From positions 6,616,716-6,680,715 of the forward strand of contig MU058337.1 in assembly GCA_013265495.1 (NCBI GenBank): a stretch of 64,000 nt of DNA, written 5' to 3'. How positions within the stretch are numbered: position 1 is the stretch's first letter; each line of letters opens with the position of its first letter. The position numbers and the translations under genes are program-made. The DNA is from Vicugna vicugna. Taxonomy: Eukaryota. Below the pieces are notes generated by a model, which had not been told where the DNA came from, did no database searches, and saw nothing but the letters and a program-made list of their open reading frames with translations. Positions 37,524 through 48,040 of the stretch are shown here, in pieces.

Positions 37524-38633
37524 ATGGCTTCCAGCACGGCTGGTCCAAACAGGCTCATCCACCATGCCAACTCCTGCCTTCCTCACCACCTACCCCGGGC
37601 GGCCAGCGTGACGCTCTCTCTGTTCTACATGGCCCTGTTGGTCTTCAGTGCTCTGGGAAACATCCTTGCCCTTTGCCTTGTCTATCAAAAGGGCAAGAAG
37701 ATCAACTCAACAGGTGTCTACCTGGTCCACTTGGCAGCGTCCGACCTCCTCTTCACCCTGGTCCTGCCCGGAAAGATCGCGTATTACACGCTGGACTTCA
37801 ACTGGCCTTTCGGTGAAGGGCTCTGCAGACTGATGGCATTCATGTTCTACGTGAACACCCACTCAGGCATCTACCTGATGACATGCGTGAGCGTGGACCG
37901 TTACCTGGCTGTGGTCCGCACCCACCAGTGGCCCCAGCTCCGTGAGGCCGGGAGGGCCAGGCTGGTCTGCGTGGCTGTCTGGGCCCTGGCATCTCTGCAG
38001 ACGGTGCCCCTGCTCTTGATCCCTTTGACCAAGCCGGTGGCCGGCAGGCTGACCTGCATGGAGTACGACAGTGTGGAGCCGGTGCTCAGGCTGCCCGTCA
38101 TGATCCTGCTGATCTCTGCCCTGAGCTTCTGTGGGCCGGTGGGCATCATTCTCTTCTGCTACGTGAAGATCACCCTGAAGTTGTGCAGGGAAGCCCGAGA
38201 CAACCCTCTGACGAGCGGGAAGGGGCACCACCGCAGGGCCTGCCTGCTCACCCTGGTGGTGCTGGTGGCTGTGGTTGCATGTTTCACCCCCTACCACCTC
38301 AACGTCATCCAGTTCATGGTGAGACGGATGCTCCGCCCGCCAACCTGCCCCGAGCAGAGGGCTTTCAAAGTGTCCCTTCAGCTCACTGTGTGCCTCATGA
38401 ACATGAACTGCAGCATTGACCCCATCATCTACTTCTTCGCATCTACGCGTTACAGAAATTGGCTCCTCGGTGTTTTGAAACGCAAAGCGTCAGCATCCTC
38501 CTCCTCTTCCTGCCCGGGAAGAGCCTCCTCAGAAACACAAAGTATCAACCAGACTGGAGGCTCTGCACCCTTAGAGGAGAATGAGGTCTCACGGATCATG
38601 TGCTTTAAGACTGAATCTCGGTTGGGGGCCTAA
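37524..38633 (+). CDS. GPR183 (EBI2)-like class A GPCR, paralog, single coding exon, 369 aa
   Basis: Uninterrupted ORF with 7 hydrophobic segments and rhodopsin-family motifs: GN (TM1), LAASD (TM2), DRY (125-127), TM4 Trp, CFTPYH (TM6), DPIIY (TM7); Cys18/101/178/275. It shares GPR183-type signatures KKINST, IAYY, TCMEY, NPLT, TVCLMN and IYFFA, but is much more divergent than a mammalian GPR183 ortholog would be. Good Kozak context gacATGg. Confidence 0.93.
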   Translation: MASSTAGPNRLIHHANSCLPHHLPRAASVTLSLFYMALLVFSALGNILALCLVYQKGKKINSTGVYLVHLAASDLLFTLVLPGKIAYYTLDFNWPFGEGLCRLMAFMFYVNTHSGIYLMTCVSVDRYLAVVRTHQWPQLREAGRARLVCVAVWALASLQTVPLLLIPLTKPVAGRLTCMEYDSVEPVLRLPVMILLISALSFCGPVGIILFCYVKITLKLCREARDNPLTSGKGHHRRACLLTLVVLVAVVACFTPYHLNVIQFMVRRMLRPPTCPEQRAFKVSLQLTVCLMNMNCSIDPIIYFFASTRYRNWLLGVLKRKASASSSSSCPGRASSETQSINQTGGSAPLEENEVSRIMCFKTESRLGA

Positions 38634-38770
38634 AGTTAATACAGTTTGGGGAGTGGTTTCTTTAAGAAAAAGAATACGAAACAATAGATGCAAAATTAGG
38701 TGTGGGGTCTTGGATGGTGAGTGAGGAGCCCTAAGGCTTGCGTTGGCTTCAAGGTGAATCCACCTCTAAT
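38605..38770. mobile_element. Ancient hAT-type DNA transposon remnant overlapping the GPCR stop codon
   Basis: GGGGCCTAAAGTTAATACAGTTTGGGG...CTTTAAGAAAAAGAATAC...GTGAATCCACCTCT resembles hAT-Tip100-class MERs (recognised by eye). Confidence 0.45.
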
Positions 38771-40088
38771 GTATCCTAGTAAACACCACTGCATCCTTGG
38801 CCTCCGGTCTTCCATTTCTTCCCGGAAAAAGAGTATTTTCACAGCAAATGCAGACAAGACCAAACGAATCATTGGCTGAGTCCTAGACCCACCATTTAGA
38901 CAAGGTTTCCAATTTGGGGAGGCAAATTGTTGCAAAGAGCAAAAGTACCCCTCCCCCAAAACAAACTTTCTAAAAGTTGAGAGTTAACATTTACAAAAAC
39001 GCCAAGGCTTTCCTAAGAAAGTAAAAAAAAAATGCAGGGAGGATGCACTCCAAGCTGTTGTTCTGGCCGCCTCTTCTGTCGGGGAGTGGGAGTGAGGGAC
39101 TGGGTATTTAGTTTCTAGGAAGAGTCTGAGTGGTGCAGGGAGGACGCGTGGCCGTATGACGTGTGTAAGTGTGCTGAGACCCTTCCCCGGCCACTCTCAC
39201 GGGAGCCCGCAGTCTGTGTCCACACTGGGCCAGGTGGAAAGCTCGCACCCCTACCCTGCCCGCACTAACCCAGCCCTTATCAGAGCGCAGAGGGGTGGCG
39301 CGAAGGGACCTGGCCAGTCCACAGTGTGCAGAGGCTCGAGGACCAGCGCTGCCCTCACCACCAGAGGCCTCCTCCTGGAGAGGGGCCAGGGCTGCTGACC
39401 TAACTCCGGACGTTACACGTTCTTCTTGACCGTCCTCACAGGCGGTTCTCATCACCTACCTGTCTGCCTTGCACGCCAGGCTCCCCAGATCCAAAGCTGC
39501 TTGGGGCTGGTTTGTGCTGAGCACATGGAAGTAGGGAGGAGGAAGTCGCATCTGGAGGGCATCTGGGAACAGAACAGCACCAGGAAAGAGGACGAGATCA
39601 GGAGCTCCAGCAGGAAGCAGCAACAATGGGTGGACGAGAGCACAGAGCCGAGGGCCCTCTGGTTTCCTGCACGCAGCCGCAGGAGGAGGGGAATGGCTCT
39701 CTCTCCAGGCTAGGTGACGATGGGTGTGATTTACAAACAGGGAAACCTGAGTTCTGAGGCTGAACCAGCCGGGGATGACCCAGGCTCTGAGCATGGACTC
39801 CTGAGCTCAGGAGGTCAGCAGGGGAAGCGTCCTGCTGAAGATTCATGTCCACGCCTGAGCCTCATTGTCCTTGTCTGTAAAAACAGAGACTATAATATCT
39901 ACCACATGGGGTTACTGTGTTGCGGGGGGCCGGGGGGGGTGGTCCATGAATCAACACATGTGTAAATCATTTAAAACTAAAGCAATCATTTAAATGAAAA
40001 CTGACTGTGGCCTCTGAAGTTTTCTGAGTGGGCTGGCACAACTCATATCAGCAGGGATATACATCTCATTATTACCAGGCCCTTAGGG

Positions 40089-40276
40089 CAGTGGTTCTTA
40101 AAGTGTGGTCCCCACACCAGCAGTGTCAGCACCACCTGGAGACTTGTTAGAAATGCACATTCTCAGGCCGCACCCCAGACCTGCTGGGCCGGCGCTCTGG
40201 GGGAGAGGGCCGGCGCCCAGTGTCTTACCAAGCCCCCAGGGTGGTCCCGCTGCCCGCTCAGACTTGAGAACCACTG
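40089..40276. mobile_element. MER5A-like DNA transposon
   Basis: TIRs CAGTGGTTCT...AGAACCACTG; internal CTTGTTAGAAATGCA. Confidence 0.85.
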
Positions 40277-40460
40277 GCCCTCCTTGGAGACTCTTGTCGG
40301 CCTCTCTCTTGCCCACGGTATGAGTTTGCTGGGGCTGCTGTAATAAAGCACCGCCAGCCAAGGGCGGCTGCAGAGGGAGTCGAGGAGGTGAGCTGCCCAG
40401 CTGGAAGAATGCGCGAGGAGCCCACGGGGGGGGGGGGCGAAACAGCACTTCATTACAGTA

Positions 40461-40620
40461 CAAGCGGGTGGCGCGCAGCGGGCGGGAGCTTAGCACCTTC
40501 TAGCGCAACCAGGTGGCGCACCCGCGTGGCGCACTTGTCCTGCTTTTATCTGTTCTGCCCGCACGTGTGCGTTGTTTCTTTGTTCATCCTACTTACAGAA
40601 TGCTACTAGCGCATGCGTAC
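40461..40620 (+). promoter_or_regulatory. CpG-rich cluster of CTCF-like motifs plus NRF1-like site
   Basis: CAAGCGGGTGGCGC (40461), CAACCAGGTGGCGC (40506), CACCCGCGTGGCGC (40519), CACGTG (40562), GCGCATGCG (40609). Confidence 0.45.
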
Positions 40621-40724
40621 CTTTACGTCTTTGTTTATGAGGCCTACATAACTGGCGCGTGCGTACAGTTACCTCTTACCAGGTGTAAGCTATTGTGAAC
40701 CTTGGCCTGAGCCCCACGGCCTGG

Positions 40725-41162
40725 TCACTTAAGGCTGCCACAAGCACCATCAACTGGGTGACTTGAACAACAAAAAACACATTCTCTCACAGTTATGGAG
40801 GCTAAAAGTTCAAAATCAAGGTATCGGTAGAGCTGCTTCCATCCAAGACTGTGAGAGAGAATCTGTTCCAGGCTCTCCCAGCTTGTGGCGATTTGGTGGC
40901 AGTTGCTGGTGTCCTTGGCTTGTGAAGCATCACCCCATCTCTGCCTCCATCCTCACATGGGCTTCTCCCCGTGTGTCTCAGTCTTCTTGTGGCATTGTCT
41001 TCTAAGGACACCAGCCATCTGGGATTAGGCCCACCTACAGACCTCATCTTAATTTGATTACACCTGCAAAGACCCTGTTTCCAATTAAGGTCATAATTAT
41101 AGGCACCTGGGGTTAGGACTTCATCCTATCATTTTTGGGGACCAAAATCCAACTTCTAACAC
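40725..41162. mobile_element. MLT1 LTR
   Basis: ATTCTCTCACAGTTATGGAGGCT...TAAGGACACCAGCCAT...CACCTGCAAAGACCCTGTTTCCAA. Confidence 0.8.
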
Positions 41163-42789
41163 TCACCCATTTCTGAACACCCTTCTTTCCAGACACTCTT
41201 CTCCGAGTCTCATCCCATCCCTGACCACATCAGAGCCCCAGCACCAAGGTAGGAGTAACAGGGGTCTGTATTAAACACAGTTGGTCAAAAACAACAAGGT
41301 GAACTCTAATGGTTTGTTTTTTAGACTCATGTCAAAATGGAAGCATCAGAGTGACCCCCGAGGGGGTCTCCTCACCCAGTGTGTGGGAGCTTAGTCTGGG
41401 GGAAGGTATGGGGCCCAGGCGGCCTTGCGGGGCCAGGCTCTGTAACGAGGTCCCCGAGTCCCACTCCCTCCGTGTGGACAACCAGCTGTGGTGTCAGGGA
41501 GAGTCTACCCTTGGGGGGAGGTCTCGTGATAACTTCTAAGAATTTTAATCCCTCGACATTTTAAGGAGGAAGAGAGAGTTTCATAAATCAAGTTCGTAGA
41601 TACCCAAATGTTCCTACGGGCTCTCTGCTCTCTCCAGGAGGCACTTCCCGCTGAGAATCACAGCTTCCTTGGCATCGCCACACACCACAAGGTAACTATT
41701 GTCCAGCTTTCACTACAGTTTTTTTCTCATTCGGCCAAGTGATTGCATACGGGACAGACACGGAGGTGGAGGAGGCGTGTGTGAGGCTTGTGGGCAGCCA
41801 GGCTCAGGGAGGGGCCATGCCACCTGCGGGGATCCCAACCCTGAAGGTCAGGTCACACCTCAGGTTACACAAATCCCTCATGACACGGATGCCCTGGTTC
41901 CACTGTAATTGTCAAGATCTGTGGTCTACATCACCTTTCAGCGCCCATGTTCTCTGATTCCAAGAAGCCCTGGTCTGGGCTCTGTTGCCCTAGTAGCTCT
42001 GCAGTGGGACAGGCAGGAGGAGGTGGCCCGTCCCAGGGGGGCGAGGAGCCCGGTGTGTGTGTTCCTATGCCTAATGCTGACCCCAAACAGTACTCCCTTC
42101 GGTCAGTTGCATGTAAAGGGTGAAGTGCTAGAAGCTGACGGAGGTGGGATGTTCCCAGTCCCAGTAACACTCACTAGCTCAGTCTACAAGCACCAAGGGC
42201 TGCTCGCCCGACAGCAGGAGGGAGCAGGGAGTGAGGACAAGGCCTGCAGAAAGGACAGGCTGGGGGCGCCCTGCTGCTCTCATAATTTACATTTGTCTTG
42301 GGGCCAGTTTCCTCTTCGCATTCACTTCTTCATCAATTCATACATTTATCAAGTAGGTGGGGCTAGAGGGGTGCCTTCCGGACGGGGACCCACAGGACGT
42401 GGGTTCCAGGCCTGCTGGGCCCCAGGCAGCTTCGGTGAGTCACAGGCAGCTCCAGAACCCGGCTTCCAGTGCAAAAGGAAGACATTAGCCAAGACGAGGA
42501 CTGACCCCTTTCAGCTCTGTGATTTCTGTGCGAGCCCAGTGAGTATCTTCAGCTGTCTTCTTTCTGTGTTTGGTGAAGGTGGCTTGGTCCGATCACCTGT
42601 TTCGCCTCTGGCTGGCATCCACTCATCTGGGAAGATAGTGGCTGGTGTAAGGCTGGTACCACACAACATTGGAGAGAAACCTGAACAGAGAGGGGAGGGG
42701 AGTACAGGAGGGCAGAGCCAGGGAGACTGACACTGAGGGGACACCCCCTTAGGGGCTGAGGTCAACGGCACTGGACCTCTGATCAGTGC

Positions 42790-43293
42790 TGTGGTTCCCA
42801 GAGGCATATTGATTATTTTGAATTAAAGTTACCTAAGAAAGAGCCGACGCAAGAGGGACATTCTGACCCTCCTGTCTCCCTCAAAGCAGGAAATAAATCT
42901 CTCCTATGAAAGGTCCATTTCCTGCACCTGGAGGTGGAAGGCCACCCTATCACCAGGGAATTCAGGCTGAGAAGCCTGTATAAGCAAACCTTGTTACCTC
43001 TTTAACTGCCTACCCCAAGCCCAAGTTCTGTTCAGAGTCTTCACTAATGAAACACCCAAAGCCCAAGTTTCTTTGTCCTGTCAATTCCTCACAAATTTAT
43101 TGTTTCTTTGTCTAAAAAGTATAAAAGCTGCCTGCTTTGGCCACTGTCTAGGACCTGTTTCTATGAGACTTCCCTGCTCATGAATTAAAATTTGTTTCTT
43201 TTTCTCCTGTTAACCTGTCTTGTGTCAATTTTATTATTGGTCCAGCCACCAGAACTCAAGATGTGCAGAAGGGGAGAGTCCCCGTCCCCGACA
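42790..43293 (+). mobile_element. ERV1 solo LTR
   Basis: TG...CA termini, perfect TSD GTGC, TATAAAA at about 43120, ATTAAA at about 43184. Confidence 0.8.
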
Positions 43294-43779
43294 GTGCCCT
43301 TCCTGGGACCCCACTGTGTGAGGCAGAGGAGCCGGGAGCTGGGAGCCAGGCTGGCTGCTTCCGGGATGCTGAGCAAGAATCCCTGTCCCCCAGTGTGGCA
43401 CGGGAACTGGTGACACGCTGGCCCTCATCTGTTCCAGCTCAGTGAGGTCTTGGGGGCCGTCCAGGCAGCAGAATAGGAAATCAGGGGCAGAGGCCCCTAC
43501 ACTTCCTTACTGCTGCCCCTTGGGAGACCTCATTGGCGATTGTCCCAATCTGTATGACTTTCTCACTATTCTTGATCGATGCTACGATAGAAATCCTCTT
43601 AGAAGATTCCACGTATGCATCTCAGAATTGTGCATAAGTCGGGGCCTGTCTGTGTGTGTGTGTATGTTTGTTCTGCATTTTACTCAACTTTCCATTATTA
43701 ATTGACTGACTACGAGTTCCCAGCCTAGGAGAAGAGGGCTTCTGGCCCGTGCCATTTGTATTAAACATACTGGTGCAAT

Positions 43780-44605
43780 ATTGTGATTCATAAGAAATAT
43801 TTATTTGGTCATTCAGATGACCATAATTATTTCTCATATATATATTTGATTTTCATCCACAGTTCCTGGTTCTCAGCTCCTGAAACCCTTGAAATTTCCT
43901 AAGAGTTGAGGATGATGTAGGTGTCTTCCACTATGTGAATGTGGTGATTTTTGAAAGCACCTAAGGATGAGGGCTGATTGCCAGGAGAACTAACCCTCTG
44001 AGGAGAGGGTTGGAACTTTCATTTCCACTCCCCTGCCCTCCAGAGAGGGGAGAGGGTCTGGTGGTCGACTGAGTCAGCAATTGCCAATGATTTAGTCCAT
44101 CGTGCCTATGTAATGAAGGCCCCATGAAAACCCCAAGAGGCCAGGTTTTGAAGAGCTTCTGGGCTGGTGAACACGTGGAGATTTGGGGAGAGTGGGAATC
44201 AGAGACAGCATGGAAGCTCCAAGCCCTTTCTTCATACCTTGCCCTGTGCATCCCTTCATCTGGCTGTGGATTTGTTGCATCCACAACGAATATCCTTTCA
44301 AAATAAAGCAGCAATCTAGTGAGCAAATGAGTTTTCCTGAATTCTGTGAGCTGTTCTTGCAAATTAATCGAAACCGAGGAGGAGGTGGTGGGAACTTCTG
44401 ATTTGCAGCCAGTCGGTCACATCCTGGGCCTGGTGCCTGGCATCTGAAGTTGGGGAGGGGGGCGTCTTGTGGGACTGAGAAGCTCTCCTGTGGAATCTGT
44501 CTCTGGGGAGATGGTGTCAGAATTGAGTTGAATTCTTGGACACCCTGCTGGCATCTAAGAATTGCCTCCCCACACAGGACTGAATCGGGTCCAGGAACCC
44601 TTCAG
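43780..44605 (+). mobile_element. MER21-like LTR
   Basis: AGAGGGTTGGAACTTTCA, TTTCCTGAATTCTGTGAGCTGTTCT, GGTGTCAGAATTGAGTTGAATT. Confidence 0.7.
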
Positions 44606-45515
44606 GGCGGCCACTCCCCCAGAGGGCGGAAACTGTATTCTGTTAATACTGCGAGTACTTGTCGGACCTGCGGGGGAAGGCACACAAGGGAAGCCAGGGC
44701 AGAGCAGTGGCGCCAACCTTACCCACAGGATAATTACAGTTATTTCAGCCCTCGGTGCACGAGGCAGAGAGTCATTGGCATTCAAGTAGTCATTGACATT
44801 TGTCACTGACTTACTGAGTCAGTGGTTACTGGGAGCATCACTTGTCCAGCGTTCTGGGAGGGGCCCCTGGAGGGCTGGGGCTTGTTCTGAAATGCTGCAT
44901 CCTGCCCTGTGGGGTGCTGGCCACAGCCCCCAAGTCCCAGGAACCAGCCCCTTCCTCAGCCCTCGGTCCCAGCAGGTCTGTGTCCTGCACCTGAGGCGCC
45001 TGCTTCTTGACCCCTGTGTGACTAGGCTGGGGGCATACGTGGGACCAAAGTGGATTAATTCCCACTCCCACCAGACGTCACAGTCCAGCACTCCTGGTCT
45101 GGTGCTCTGAGGATGGTGCCACCTGGTCTGGTGCCACCAGCTCTGGACAGGAGGGAAAAGGTTTGGGACCATGAATCCAGGAATCTCCTGGAGAGTGTCT
45201 GAATCCATAGGTAAGTCCTGAGGAAATGATCCCCTAGGCTCTACCAGGAGCTTGGCCGGAAGTGTCTCCACCGTGAAATGAGGGGAGCAGAGTAAGGAGT
45301 CCCCTAAGGATGCATGTTCCCCCTGGTTCTAATGCCCCGTGGCTGCAGCCACATTCCACCAGCCTGAGGCCCTGGGGCTCTCCCAACATGGATGCACTAG
45401 GCCCTCGGAGTGTGAACCCCTGGAAGAAGTCTGCAAGCCCTAAAGAGGGGATGTGAGATTTCTTTGAAGGGTTTCAGCTTTTTACTGAATGTTTCATAAT
45501 AGAGCACAGTACTGC

Positions 45516-45994
45516 TGGTAGGTTTCCTCTAACCTTCTAGGTTCTTCTGGCTGGTCTAAGAATTAAATTGACCTGAGATAGAAATTTTAGATTTATACGT
45601 ACAGGAATCCTACCTACATGAGACGGTCAGAGACCCCACACACATGAGAGGTTCAGAGACAGAAAGGTAGAATGAGGTCTATAGCCCATCCTGATCTGGG
45701 GAACAGGGTAGGGGCCTGGGGCTTCCAAGGACAGGAGGGTCGCTCACAGGATGACAAGGAGAAGAGCAGATGTTGGCTAATTAGATGTTTGCCCTGATGT
45801 ACTGATGGGGCCACTTTAGATAAAATTTCCCTCTGGTGAAACTCTTTCCTGGGAAAAATCCCCAATTTAACTTCTTCTAGGTAGTTAGGGGAAGGGCAAC
45901 AGTTTTGCTTGAACCCGCAGGGTCTCCTGCCTTTAGCTCAAAATAGTCATGCAATAGCGGCATGTTTTGGGGCGGCTCATTCTCAGCCCCGACA
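45516..45994 (-). mobile_element. ERV1 solo LTR
   Basis: TG...CA termini, perfect TSD CTGC, reverse-complement homology to 26327-26811. Confidence 0.8.
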
Positions 45995-46399
45995 CTGCAT
46001 ATAGCATCTACGCCAGGTGTTTAAAACGGCAGTGAAACGGGCGCCCACTCGCCCCGCGCCGTCTCCCATGTGTCCACCTCCCTCCTCTGCCCAAAGCAAC
46101 GGTATCCTCAAATCTGTTTTGATCATTTTGGAGTGGTTTTGAGCTCCGGATTTTAAAATTCCGTAAAAATTTAAAACAGCCCCGCATACAACCAGAAACC
46201 AGAGGTTGGGAGTCGGTGTTGGGTTTTATTTCTTATTCTGCCCACACTGGGGCCCGTCTCTTCCCAGGGGAGTCTGCTTTGCCGGGGGGGCTGGCTTTTC
46301 CGATTATTTGCTTGACTGTTTTGCTTTCCTCCTTTATTCAGGTCCTTGAGGCAGGTGTTGATGTCACATTTATCTCTGTGCAGATTTAAACCTGACAGG

Positions 46400-48040
46400 G
46401 CCCAGCCTGCTGAAAAGGGAACCCTGACCCACCACACCCACCGGAGGGTAGGGGGCAGATCCCACCGTTTTGAAAAGACCTCTGATCCTGCAGCTTGGTG
46501 CATCCAAAAGGCTGGGGTCAGTCACAGGAGGCAGAAATCGAGGTTTTACGGCATCTGCACAGAAGTACTACTAGGCTGAGCCACACCCAGATACATCAGC
46601 ACATGATCTTACAACACCCCCCTCCCCCGACTCTAAGGACAGCAAAAGAGCAAAACTGACCACAGTCCCCTGTGAAGAAGTGAAATGACAATCCTGTAGG
46701 ACAGAAAAGTCAGCCACCTGGGCTGGGCTCCCCTGCTCCTCATCAGGGGGCTCAGCGCACTGCCGCAGGGGCAGGGGGACCAGATGAGGCCGAGGAGCAC
46801 CGAACTGGGACCCCCTTTCCCACCACAATACAGGCCTTCTGACAAGTCCTCCCCTTTACCTTCGGCCTGGAGTGAGGGGCACGCTTTCACAGGGACTACC
46901 TGACAGCCACAATTCTCGTACTGAACTCAAGGGCTAAGCTCAGAATAAGGGCTTTACAGAGGCTCTCGGGGCCGGCGCCACAGGAACCCAGGGCCTCCAG
47001 TTAAAAACCCCAAAGTATCAAAGCCAGTCTGCCCTTTAGGTTCTACCTGGCCACCTTTGAAAAGGGGACTTGTCCTTAGTGCCAGTTTAGTCTCACGGGG
47101 GACACTGCATGGCCACCAACACTCACAGACAGTCTTGGGTTGACAGCCTGAACTTGAATGTCTGCAGGATCAGGAGAGGGGCTGCAGTTTCTCAGAGCAT
47201 GTTGGGAGTTGGGAGCAGACTGGGAGGGCTGGGGGGACCTGGCTCTGGGCACGTTTAGTGGTTTGGGAAGACGACTCTGACCCCTCGGGAGGAATCCTGG
47301 CTTTGGGCAACAAGAGAGGGTTTCCCCACATCTGTCAGAGGTTTCCCTCTCTGTGCAGATAGCATGGCGGCCAGCACCAGAGAGGAGCCCTGGGGCCCTG
47401 CGACTGGTCACAGCTGGGAGGAGTGGGGCAGGAGGCAGGCTATCAGGACAGTCCCCAAGGGGAAATCTGGAGGTGGAACACCTGGAACTTTCCTTCTCTC
47501 CTCCCACTGCCCATGCAGGTTGCAAGGGGGCTGGAATTCCCCAGCCAGACGCCGGAGCCCAGGTCCAGCGCAGCCAGAGGGGGAGATGCTAACTGTGACC
47601 CAATTCCAGGAGCAGCCCTGGGCAGGGGCCGAGGGGCCGGAGCACAGGCGCTCAAATTCCCCCAAAATGTTTACTTTCTAATTCCAAACTCAGTCCAGGT
47701 TTATGAATCAGGACTTCAGAGGCAGGCTTTCCCTTATTTGGAAATGAGGGGGGTTGCAGTTCACTGTAGATAATTTTTTCCTTCTTCCTCTTATTTTACA
47801 ATATGGAATCTGCTCACTTAAAAATTAGGCCCCAACTTTTACCATCTCTCCTAGACCTTAGGAAACCAAAGCAAATGGCTCGTTGATGCCCTCCTTTGGT
47901 TTGCATCCTCAGAAATGGAACACGAAAGGTTTTCCTTTAGGGGGGGTCCCATGAGCCTGAAAGATTCCAGGTGTCCTGACAAGACCTGTGGGTGTTCTGA
48001 GGAACTCACACTCCTGTGGTGGGTGCAGTTTGTGTCAAAC
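46400..48040 (-). mobile_element. Degenerate ERV internal (leader/gag-like) remnant
   Basis: Composition and short motifs reminiscent of ERV1 internal sequence; no intact ORF. Confidence 0.3.

Noticed and set aside
37863..38297. Antisense and alternative-frame ORFs over the GPCR
   Set aside because: Expected shadows of a GC3-rich coding sequence
37524..38633. Naming the GPCR GPR183 or a chemokine receptor
   Set aside because: Too divergent from GPR183 and outside the UBAC2 intron; lacks the CCR DRYLAIVHA and acidic N-terminus pattern while carrying EBI2-type motifs
41909..42730. 273-aa plus-strand ORF
   Set aside because: Starts at a non-ATG codon, no recognisable homology or domain, GC-rich intergenic context
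45516..48040. LTR plus adjacent ERV-like sequence as a single provirus
   Set aside because: The LTR has its own perfect TSD (CTGC), so it is an independent solo LTR
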